A stretch of 47,480 bases of DNA from a virus. The notes beneath the pieces are model-generated. The model saw only the letters and a program-made list of their open reading frames with translations. It was not told the origin of the DNA and ran no database searches. Location: IMG/VR virus record IMGVR_UViG_3300033562_000305; one strand, 5' to 3'. A program made the translations under genes and the position numbers. The stretch's first letter is position 1. The number at the start of each line of letters is the position of its first letter. Shown here in pieces: positions 29,829-37,088 of the stretch.

Positions 29829-30275
29829 ATGATGGACAGCGTAGATCAGCAACGGGATATCGGCAAATTATGGGGTGCCGTGGAGAGGGTGAATGGAGAC
29901 GTAAAGGCGTTATCCGTTGCTCTCGTCGGCATGAACGGGGACAACGGGCTTCGTGGGGAACTGCGTGAGTTCATACGAAAGTTTGACGCCGATCATGCGG
30001 TGCGCCTTGGAGACCTCGAAGAGCAGGTGGCTTCGGGGATCGCCGAGGGGCGGAGGCTCTATGAGGTGGAGCGGCACAAGCCCGGCGAGTGCATCGGAAA
30101 GGCGGCGCTCGACGAGTACGTCGCCGGGATCAATGCGCGCGAGAGGCGGAGTACCGACCTGTCAATCGAGCTTCGCAAGTCACGGCTCGCCATGGTCGCG
30201 GCCATCCTTGTAGCCCTCATATCAGCAGGAGCATCGGTTTTTGTGGCGCTCCAGAAAACAGGAGCAACGCCATGA
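29829..30275 (+). CDS. Tail-anchored membrane protein in the lysis cassette (holin, antiholin or spanin-like)
   Basis: 148 aa with a single C-terminal TM (LAMVAAILVALISAGASVFVAL). Its stop overlaps the endolysin start (ATGA). Confidence 0.5.
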   Translation: MMDSVDQQRDIGKLWGAVERVNGDVKALSVALVGMNGDNGLRGELREFIRKFDADHAVRLGDLEEQVASGIAEGRRLYEVERHKPGECIGKAALDEYVAGINARERRSTDLSIELRKSRLAMVAAILVALISAGASVFVALQKTGATP

Positions 30276-30817
30276 TGCTACCAATCACGAGAGGAACGAT
30301 CACCACTCCCTTCGGAGAACCTCGTCCGGTCGAGGGCGCCAAGACCCATATCCACGGAGCCCTCGACGTTGCAGGCGGGAATATGCAGGCCATAGCCCCA
30401 GTCTCAGGCACCGTCCGCGCGCTCGTGTTCCTCCGCTCGCAGACTCCATGGGCCAAGCCTGATAAGGATGTCATCATGGCCCTGCCGTGCCGGGAATACT
30501 GGTACGACATCTATGGCGGCATCATCGAATTGCGGGCCGACGACGGAACCTACCATCTTCTGACCCACTTCTACGCCTCGACCTTGCAGAAACGCTTCGG
30601 ACGCTTCGAGTACATCGAGAGCAAGGCCGAGACGCGGACGCCGACGATTGCGCTCTGTTCCGAGCCGTTCCATATCCTCGAAGGCGGTCGGCTCTGCGAG
30701 GTCGGTAACGCCGGGTATTCGACGGGCGCACATATCCACTGGGAAGTCCACCCGACAATCGGGATCACATCTTACGCCAGCCGGATTGACCCAACAAAAC
30801 TTGCGAGGGTCGTATGA
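30272..30817 (+). CDS. M23-family peptidase (endolysin candidate)
   Basis: HIHGALDV (HxxxD) and GYSTGAHIHWEV (HxH) motifs, with a GGAG RBS. Confidence 0.8.
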   Translation: MMLPITRGTITTPFGEPRPVEGAKTHIHGALDVAGGNMQAIAPVSGTVRALVFLRSQTPWAKPDKDVIMALPCREYWYDIYGGIIELRADDGTYHLLTHFYASTLQKRFGRFEYIESKAETRTPTIALCSEPFHILEGGRLCEVGNAGYSTGAHIHWEVHPTIGITSYASRIDPTKLARVV

Positions 30818-31047
30818 GAGTCAACAAGGGTGAAGCTTTCGTGTACGGACTTCTGTCAATCCTTACCCTCGCCGGTGGCACCCTTGTAATGGGAGCCGAC
30901 GAGGAAGGGGTGGCCAAGGCAGGAATGACGGCGGTCGTGGCGCTCTCAACAGCCTTCATCGCGGGGAACGTCACTGACAACGGGGTCAAGGGCCGCTACT
31001 TCCAAGAGGGGTTGGCCAAGAAGGATGGATCATGTGCAGAAAAGTAA
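30814..31047 (+). CDS. Holin-like small membrane protein
   Basis: 77 aa with two hydrophobic helices. It has an ATGA overlap with the endolysin gene. Confidence 0.55.
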   Translation: MRVNKGEAFVYGLLSILTLAGGTLVMGADEEGVAKAGMTAVVALSTAFIAGNVTDNGVKGRYFQEGLAKKDGSCAEK

Positions 31048-31451
31048 TCTTGTTCGTATCGCTCTCAGCGTTCTTGTCATTGCTCTGTATTTTGTCGGCG
31101 CATGGACAGGATACACCATTAGAGGCAACGCCGCCAACAAGCTCCTCGGACTCTATATCGACCAGTCTCTCGCAGATCGACGGGCTCTTGAATCAGTTAG
31201 AGGAGAACTCGATACTGTCCGAGGAGGAATCACTAGCGCTCGTGCAGACATTGAAGCAAGCACGGGTAGACTTGGAACAGGCATCGAGCAAGCTGGAAAG
31301 CTCGGAAGCTACAGTAGCCAGAATCGAGCCATTATTGCAGAAATCAGAAGATACCTTGGCGAAATCAGAACGGCGATCCAGAAACTTGAAGGTACTGGCG
31401 GAAGTTGAAGGCATCGTCATCGCCGTGTTCCTCCTCGTCCTCTTGCTGTAA
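31032..31451 (+). CDS. Spanin-like protein with an N-terminal signal or anchor and a C-terminal TM (unimolecular-spanin-like)
   Basis: MCRKVILFVSLSAFLSLLCILSAHG signal-like N-terminus, a coiled-coil middle, and a C-terminal GIVIAVFLLVLLL. It has higher GC3 and better RBS spacing than the overlapping frame 31025-31408. Confidence 0.5.
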   Translation: MCRKVILFVSLSAFLSLLCILSAHGQDTPLEATPPTSSSDSISTSLSQIDGLLNQLEENSILSEEESLALVQTLKQARVDLEQASSKLESSEATVARIEPLLQKSEDTLAKSERRSRNLKVLAEVEGIVIAVFLLVLLL

Positions 31452-31515
31452 AAAAACAGCCCCGCCGCCCGAGTGTGAATCAGGGGAGAGGCTGTCGGTT
31501 CAAGGCCGACGGGGG
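31450..31515. terminator. Convergent-arm terminator region
   Basis: On the minus strand there is an imperfect hairpin CAGCC(tct)CCCC...GGGGCTG followed by TTTTTT. A second 5-bp hairpin is gtcgg ttcaagg ccgac. The region lies between the ends of the plus and minus arms. Confidence 0.45.
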
Positions 31516-31686
31516 CTATTCGATCTTCTTCGGTGCTGAAAAGATGACGGCTATGAGACCTGCGAGGACTACGACAGCCTCGACGATGGCGGTGATTTCC
31601 ACAGAGCCAGAGCCAGAAAGCGTGAGCGCTATGGTCCCGAGGACCACCCCGACAACACCAGCGACCTTTAATACGGTTTTGTTCAC
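31516..31686 (-). CDS. Small 2-TM membrane protein (56 aa; not in the ORF track)
   Basis: GTG start with GGAGGG 6 nt upstream. Translation: MNKTVLKVAGVVGVVLGTIALTLSGSGSVEITAIVEAVVVLAGLIAVIFSAPKKIE. Confidence 0.5.
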   Translation of the reverse strand: MNKTVLKVAGVVGVVLGTIALTLSGSGSVEITAIVEAVVVLAGLIAVIFSAPKKIE

Positions 31687-31728
31687 GATCAACCCTCCAA
31701 TGGAAGCAAGAGATTAGAGCCCAGTATA

Positions 31729-32673
31729 TCAAAGGCTGAACGCCACCACAAGCATGACCGGGGCTATAACGTCGATGAACACAGCCGGGAAGGCGGCGAG
31801 AGCGAACTCCATCTGGTCCGCCGACAATCCAAAGCGCTCGCCGAGCCATGCGGCGAAGTCCTTCCGCTCTACTATACCTCTTGATTTGACCACTTGTTCA
31901 GCAAGTCCAAGTAGGTCTCCTTCGAGTTCCGATAGCCGCTGTTCGCCTTGCTTGACCCGAGCCTGCGCCGCGTTCCTGTTGGCGACGAGGGTCGCCACAA
32001 CCCGTCCTGTCGAGCTTTCTCCAGCCTCAAGAGCTTTATCGATCTGGAGCTGATACGAACTGACTGCGCCCTGATCTGTGGCCATGCTCGTAGAGAGCCG
32101 CTGGATCGACGCTTTGATGATATCAGCCTTGGCCTGTGCGGCCATATTATCGTCGTCCACGGATCGGGAGTCCGAAGCGGCGTCTCGATCCATCGAAGCT
32201 GTTCTTGCATTGTAAATACCCCCTATCGTCGAACTCATGGAAAACGTCATGGCTACGAGTGATATGGCTATCACCGAGGCGGCTGACACATACTGCTTTT
32301 TCCTCGCCAGCATAGTCGCCATCTCGGGCGAAGTCGTGAGCGTGGCTACGACCGTGATGCTCATAATCGCGGCCATGGCCGGTGGCTGGCTGGCGAGGAA
32401 CCAGATGTTCGAGAAGTAGACGCTCGCCACAGCGCACGAGGCCGACGTGAAGAGGGCCACGATCCGCAGGATCATCGACCGGATATCAAAAGGTTGCTTT
32501 TTGGGCTCTGTCGGCTTCTGCTCAGGAGCCTTCCTTCGCTCGGCGGCGTCCATTGCGGCGCGCATTGCCGCCCGCACGTCACGCTCCCCGACCGGCTCAC
32601 CAAGAACCGTCCGGGCCATGCCTTCTGCCGCCGAGCGCTGGCGGCGCACGGTGTCCATCCATGAATTAGCCAT
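31729..32673 (-). CDS. Multi-pass membrane protein with a long coiled coil (DUF4407-like topology)
   Basis: The start MANSWMD at 32673 overlaps the upstream gene's end. Three TM segments, then about 130 aa of coiled coil, then a C-terminal TM. Confidence 0.6.
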   Translation of the reverse strand: MANSWMDTVRRQRSAAEGMARTVLGEPVGERDVRAAMRAAMDAAERRKAPEQKPTEPKKQPFDIRSMILRIVALFTSASCAVASVYFSNIWFLASQPPAMAAIMSITVVATLTTSPEMATMLARKKQYVSAASVIAISLVAMTFSMSSTIGGIYNARTASMDRDAASDSRSVDDDNMAAQAKADIIKASIQRLSTSMATDQGAVSSYQLQIDKALEAGESSTGRVVATLVANRNAAQARVKQGEQRLSELEGDLLGLAEQVVKSRGIVERKDFAAWLGERFGLSADQMEFALAAFPAVFIDVIAPVMLVVAFSL

Positions 32674-32851
32674 TGCCCATCTTCTTCTCGGTGGCGAGTA
32701 TCCACGACACGAGCTGGTCGAGGCTCCCGTTATTGAGAGCATCCTTCGGGTACATCTTGTTGGTGGCGCACACCTTCATAATGCTCTTCACTTCCGGGTT
32801 CTGTATCGCGGCAATCTTCTTGTTGATATTCGCAAGGTAGTCGTCGCTCAT
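32666..32851 (-). CDS. Hypothetical small protein
   Basis: 61 aa with an ATGA overlap with the nuclease gene stop. Confidence 0.55.
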   Translation of the reverse strand: MSDDYLANINKKIAAIQNPEVKSIMKVCATNKMYPKDALNNGSLDQLVSWILATEKKMGNG

Positions 32852-33471
32852 ACAATCGTCCTTCCTGAAATGAACGCTATCGCCTTTGCGGCCTCGCTGG
32901 CGGTCAGGCGAGGCTCGTCCAGCATAAGGTCCGACATGCGCCTGCCAGCCATCGACTTGCGTAGCACGTCACGGAGGACTCCGACGTAGAAGAGGTCGCC
33001 ATCGTACAGACAGAGCAGGATACGGAAGAACCCGGCCTCATGCACGTCGTGGTAGAACACCGGCTGACTCGACTCGAATACCGAACTTATCTTCCGGTCG
33101 CCTTCCATGTACTTCATCTCGACGAGTACCACTTCCGGCCCGATTACCACGAGGTCTGGGAATCCGTCGATATTGCAGTCGATATGGCGGACGTATAACC
33201 CTAGCTTCTCAAGCTCGTTCTGGATCATGCGCTCGCCACACTTCTCAAGGTGATTCACTGGTTTGCCTCGTTCTATCTGATCAGCGCCGATGGCTCCGAT
33301 GGCTCCGTTGGCTCCGTTGGCTCCATTAGCTCCATTAGCTATCGTCACCCGCTCGACGGCCCCGGCACCGAGCTTTCCGACGACGATAGCCCCAGCGGCT
33401 ATCTTGTCGGCAGTAATCGCACCAGCGGCGAGTTGAGCGGTAATTGAGTTGCCTTCTATCTGGCGTTCCAT
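32848..33471 (-). CDS. VRR-NUC / PD-(D/E)xK nuclease with an N-terminal tail-fibre-repeat module
   Basis: ATG at 33471 with GGAGG 7 nt upstream. Residues 4-67 copy the fibre shaft repeat. Residues ~78-160 read ERMIQNELEKLG...DGFPDLVVIG...VVLVEMKY...SQPVF, which gives the PD...ExK motif. Confidence 0.75.
   Translation of the reverse strand: MERQIEGNSITAQLAAGAITADKIAAGAIVVGKLGAGAVERVTIANGANGANGANGAIGAIGADQIERGKPVNHLEKCGERMIQNELEKLGLYVRHIDCNIDGFPDLVVIGPEVVLVEMKYMEGDRKISSVFESSQPVFYHDVHEAGFFRILLCLYDGDLFYVGVLRDVLRKSMAGRRMSDLMLDEPRLTASEAAKAIAFISGRTIV
33271..33462 (-). repeat. Right copy of the diverged inverted repeat (fibre-shaft-like codons inside the nuclease gene)
   Basis: The reverse complement aligns to 25380-25519. 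It carries a 45-nt insertion made of 9-bp repeats. Confidence 0.9.
33291..33344. repeat. 9-bp in-frame tandem repeat (6 units; encodes ANG/AIG triplets)
   Basis: tggctccga tggctccgt tggctccgt tggctccat tagctccat tagctatcg. Confidence 0.85.
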
Positions 33472-33490
33472 CTGGCGTCCCCTCCGGGGT

Positions 33491-33523
33491 AGAAAAAGCC
33501 CCGCCCGCAACGTGGGGCGGGGC
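33491..33523 (-). terminator. Rho-independent terminator (minus strand)
   Basis: Minus strand: GCCCCGCCC cacgttgc GGGCGGGGC followed by TTTTTCT. It lies directly after the stop at 33547. Confidence 0.8.
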
Positions 33524-33546
33524 TTCTGTTGCTTCGTTGCTCTGGA

Positions 33547-34389
33547 CTAGAACAGGTCTTTGTCGTCTACTTCCGGCTTGGCCGCAGTCCGGTGGCTTCC
33601 CTCGGCAGGCTTCATGGCCTCGGGAGCCGGGGTGCTTGCGTGCGACTCGACACCCTGAATGTCGGCGGCGCTGACACCCTGAGCGTCGAGGAAAGCGCTG
33701 ACGACGAGGTTCTTGGCGGTCGGCGGGACATACCCGAGCCTATCGATCTTCGTGATCTGGTAGTACGAACCGGCGTCGTTGTCCTGATAGCCGGTCGCCA
33801 GTTCCCACACCGAGGCCCATATCGGAGCCTGCCTGCCGTCGTTCGAGCGGACGTTCTGCGCCATCGTGAGCCACTTCTTCGAGGGGGCGATGCCGGTCGA
33901 GGACAGCGACAGGAGCATCGGTCCGTCGTTGTACGCACCAGCCACCATGACAATGAAGTTGCGGGTATCGACGTATCGGAAGCCTTTGCCGTCGAGGTGG
34001 TAGCTCTTCTCGCGGGTGGCGGTCGGCATGATGTTGCGCTCGAAGTCCTCGGGGGCCATGGTCCCGACAAACTTGGCGTTCATATCCTTGCCATCGTAGA
34101 TGATGTACTGGCGGTAGAAGCGGAGGACCACGAGGCGGACAGCCTCGCCGTAGGTCTTGCGGGTGGCCGGGCAGAAGAACATACCGGGCTCCAGCCCTTT
34201 GATGTACTCCGGGCTTCCCTTCTTCGCCTGCTCGGTGGCCGTCTGCGCCACCTTGAGGAAGGGTATCGTCGTGCAGTCGCGGTCAACTCCGTCGAAACCC
34301 GACGGGCCGTCGAACTCGAACGCCTCGGCCACCGCCACTTCCTGCTTGCCTGCGAAAACGCTCGCCACCATGTCTGTTGATTCACTCAT
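33547..34389 (-). CDS. Candidate ssDNA-binding protein (gp2.5-like role) with an acidic C-terminal tail
   Basis: 280 aa ending ...KPEVDDKDLF, which resembles SSB-type C-terminal tails (DDDIPF, or the acidic tail with terminal Phe in T7 gp2.5). It lies in the replication module. The fold is not verified. Confidence 0.4.
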   Translation of the reverse strand: MSESTDMVASVFAGKQEVAVAEAFEFDGPSGFDGVDRDCTTIPFLKVAQTATEQAKKGSPEYIKGLEPGMFFCPATRKTYGEAVRLVVLRFYRQYIIYDGKDMNAKFVGTMAPEDFERNIMPTATREKSYHLDGKGFRYVDTRNFIVMVAGAYNDGPMLLSLSSTGIAPSKKWLTMAQNVRSNDGRQAPIWASVWELATGYQDNDAGSYYQITKIDRLGYVPPTAKNLVVSAFLDAQGVSAADIQGVESHASTPAPEAMKPAEGSHRTAAKPEVDDKDLF

Positions 34390-34438
34390 TCGTTGCTCCT
34401 TCTGTCCATCGTCTATGATTGCTTCCCTGATGGGAAGA

Positions 34439-34630
34439 TTAGAGAGCTTTCCTGACCCTGACGCGCATGGACACGATCTTGTCCACTTCTTCCGGCTCGA
34501 AGTACGACATCTTGCCGCCGCCCCATCCGAGCCTGAATCCTGCGGCTTTCGCCCAGCGCCTCACCGTTACGAGCGCCACCCCATACTCGGTGGCAATGTC
34601 CTGACAGGTCTTTCCGTGCGGCTGTACCAT
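34439..34630 (-). CDS. Small helix-turn-helix DNA-binding protein
   Basis: 63 aa with the HTH pattern CQDIATEYGVALVTVRRWAKAAG. Confidence 0.6.
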   Translation of the reverse strand: MVQPHGKTCQDIATEYGVALVTVRRWAKAAGFRLGWGGGKMSYFEPEEVDKIVSMRVRVRKAL

Positions 34631-34633
34631 GGC

Positions 34634-35215
34634 TTAAAACTCCTTGTCTTTCTTCCCGGCTTTTACGACGCCGCGGGTGAACATCTTGAGCGACACCGCC
34701 TCCTCGGGGGGCGGGTCTCCACCGGCGAGGACATGATCCTTGAGGGTTTTCTTGAGGGTCTGGCCGTTGACCGAGGAGTCGCGGGTGAAGGTGTAGCCGT
34801 TCTCGACGAGGAAGTGTTCAAGCTCCTCGTCGTACTCGCCCTTGGCCAGCGCCACCGTGTCCTTGATGACTCCGCCGTATCCATGCTCTTCGAGCCACTG
34901 TGCAAGGAGGGCGGCGTCCTTGTCTTTCTGGCTGGTCTCGTACACGACCTCGGTGCCGATAGAGGTTCCGTCCGACATGACGCAGGATGTCATGCCATAC
35001 TCGGCGAGGAGGCATACGATATCGTCGTTGAGTATCTTGTCCCGCTCGCGCTTGGCGGCTGATAGGAGTTCTTCGAGCATGGGGATGGAGAATATACAGT
35101 GTCCACGGAGCACTGATATGTTCTCTTCCAACCCATCAGGCTGTGTATCGACCCTGTTGAGGGAGTCAAGGTACTCGATGACGGGGACCATTCGGCGGGT
35201 GATGTCTGTTTCCAT
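34634..35215 (-). CDS. Hypothetical protein
   Basis: The start METDITRR at 35215 follows CAGGAG. It is downstream of the promoter at 35266-35295. Confidence 0.6.
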   Translation of the reverse strand: METDITRRMVPVIEYLDSLNRVDTQPDGLEENISVLRGHCIFSIPMLEELLSAAKRERDKILNDDIVCLLAEYGMTSCVMSDGTSIGTEVVYETSQKDKDAALLAQWLEEHGYGGVIKDTVALAKGEYDEELEHFLVENGYTFTRDSSVNGQTLKKTLKDHVLAGGDPPPEEAVSLKMFTRGVVKAGKKDKEF

Positions 35216-35265
35216 AGCTGATTCTCCTGTCTGTCTGTCGTGCCAGCTTCCGCTGGTCTGGAAGC

Positions 35266-35295
35266 ATAGTATCATGCTACGCTTCACAATGTCAA
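35266..35295 (-). promoter_or_regulatory. Sigma70-type promoter (GGTACTTGACA class)
   Basis: Minus strand: TTGACA (35295-35290), 18-nt spacer, TACTAT (35271-35266). Confidence 0.6.
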
Positions 35296-35301
35296 GTACC
35301 C

Positions 35302-36825
35302 TTAAACGAAGCGGACAATATCTTCGCGGCTCATACCCCGCACGATATCCCGCAGGTCTGCTGACTGGTCGATAAGGTCGAGGATGCGTTCATCGACGCT
35401 GTTTCGCACGACGAGGCTCTTGTAGACGCACGCCTGCTTCTGGCCGGGGCGGTGCGAACGGTCCTCGGCCTGCCAGTTCGCCTGCGGGCTCGTATCCCGG
35501 CTGTAAAAGTATTGAAGGTGGCAGTTCTGGAGGTTCAGGCCATACGCTCCCGCCTTCATATTCGACACGAAGAACCTCGCTCGGCCCTCCTGAAACGCCA
35601 CCTTTGCCTCGCTCCGTTCGTCGATATCGGTCGATCCGTCGAACGTGACAACCTGCCCGTGGCTTGCGAGGGCGCTGGCGACAAGCTGGATTTCCCCACG
35701 GAAGGCGCACCAGACGATGGCCTGCTCGTCGGAGTCCTGCACCTCGTCGAGGAGGGCCAAGAGCTTGCCGGGATGCGGCTCGACGGTCGTGTACTCCTCG
35801 TCCACCTTCATGGTCCCCCCGGTGAGCTGGCGGAACTTGGTGAAGAGGGCAATTTTGTTCGGCACCGTCATCAGTTCCCCGGACTCAAGTTCGGTGGCAA
35901 GGTTGGCTTTGAGCTGGGCGTACATCTTCTCCTGAGCAGGGGTCATGTCAACGAGTATCTTGGTCCTTATCTTCTCCGGCAGGTCTAGACACTGGGCTTT
36001 CAGGGCGCGGGTCGTGTACGGCTCGATCTGCGACACCAATTCCCCAAGCCGCTGGTACCCGACGATCTTCTTGAACGTGCGGCCCCCTGAGCCATACCCA
36101 TCCTCAAGGATCGCGTACTTGTTCTTGAACATATAGAAGCTCTTGGTGTTCCAGAACCCTTTATTAAGGAACTCGAACTGCATATACAGGTCGAGCGGGG
36201 ACTTTGACATCTCGGTGCCAGTGAGGATCATGCGGGCCTTGGCAAGCCGCCCAGCCGCCGCTATGTGCTTGCTCCTCTTGGCATCCGCGCCTTTTATGGT
36301 AGAGCTTTCATCGATTGCCATGAGGCACTTAGCTCCCCGCAGGAGCCGGGATATCCTCATTCGCAACTCCTCATTGAGGGTCTGGAACGCCTCGACGTTG
36401 ACGATGTAGACGCGGGCCTTCTTCGATGACAGGAAGTGATCGAACTCGGAACAGCTCTTCAGGGTAGCCTTGCCGTCCCAGCACAACACCTCGTAGTCGA
36501 TGGAGGAATGTTTCGGGAGCTCCTCGTCGGACCACGTTGACATGAGGCTCTTCGGGCATACCACAATCAGCGCATCCACGAGGCCGCGCTTCGACAGGAC
36601 CATCCAAGTGTCGATGGTTGTCTTGGTCTTGCCGGTACCCATCTCCATGAACAGCGCATGGAATCCATGGACTGTCAGGTTGCCGACAGCATCGTTGACG
36701 GCCCGCCTCTGATGCTCATAGGGCTTCAGGCGAGGGGTGATAGTGGCGTACACGTCGTTTTCAACGACCCTCGTCGGCTCGGCGAATACCCATTCAGGGG
36801 GCGGACCAGCAACGCCGAGCGTCAT
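35302..36825 (-). CDS. SNF2-family helicase/ATPase
   Basis: MGTGKTKT (motif I), MAIDESSTIK (motif II), QAEDRSHRPGQK (motif VI). The start MTLGVAG at 36825 has a GGAGA RBS and an ATGA overlap with the upstream gene. Confidence 0.85.
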   Translation of the reverse strand: MTLGVAGPPPEWVFAEPTRVVENDVYATITPRLKPYEHQRRAVNDAVGNLTVHGFHALFMEMGTGKTKTTIDTWMVLSKRGLVDALIVVCPKSLMSTWSDEELPKHSSIDYEVLCWDGKATLKSCSEFDHFLSSKKARVYIVNVEAFQTLNEELRMRISRLLRGAKCLMAIDESSTIKGADAKRSKHIAAAGRLAKARMILTGTEMSKSPLDLYMQFEFLNKGFWNTKSFYMFKNKYAILEDGYGSGGRTFKKIVGYQRLGELVSQIEPYTTRALKAQCLDLPEKIRTKILVDMTPAQEKMYAQLKANLATELESGELMTVPNKIALFTKFRQLTGGTMKVDEEYTTVEPHPGKLLALLDEVQDSDEQAIVWCAFRGEIQLVASALASHGQVVTFDGSTDIDERSEAKVAFQEGRARFFVSNMKAGAYGLNLQNCHLQYFYSRDTSPQANWQAEDRSHRPGQKQACVYKSLVVRNSVDERILDLIDQSADLRDIVRGMSREDIVRFV

Positions 36826-37088
36826 ACCCGGTCTCCATGGACCACGTTCTTGCACATCGGGAGCGGGGTGTCCATGACCTGCTCGAACTCCTCGCGGGTG
36901 AGGAGGTAGGTCCGGGGCGGCACCATGTAGCCGAGGCCCGACATGAAGCGGCGCTTGCGCATACTGCCGGGATTCATGGTCTTGCCGGTCTTGCGCCGGT
37001 ACAGCTCCATCCACCCGTTCAAGGGGAGCATACCCTCCTGATCGTCGTAGGTGCCGAGGTCGATTTCGTCCTCAATCTTAATCTTCAT
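36822..37088 (-). CDS. Hypothetical protein
   Basis: The start MKIKIEDE at 37088 has GGAGG 7 nt upstream. It is coupled to its neighbours at both ends. Confidence 0.55.
   Translation of the reverse strand: MKIKIEDEIDLGTYDDQEGMLPLNGWMELYRRKTGKTMNPGSMRKRRFMSGLGYMVPPRTYLLTREEFEQVMDTPLPMCKNVVHGDRV

Noticed and set aside
31025-31408. The 127-aa ORF treated as the real spanin gene.
   Set aside because: By my count its GC3 is about 42%, against about 63% for the overlapping 31032 frame. Its ATG has the purine-rich stretch immediately adjacent, which is poor spacing. I mention it in a finding as a possible second product.
25380-33462. Diversity-generating retroelement (template and variable repeat pair) as an explanation for the fibre-like repeat.
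   Set aside because: The mismatches between the two copies are not adenine-specific. They are mostly synonymous third-position changes of all kinds. No reverse transcriptase motif (YxDD) is present in any credible ORF.
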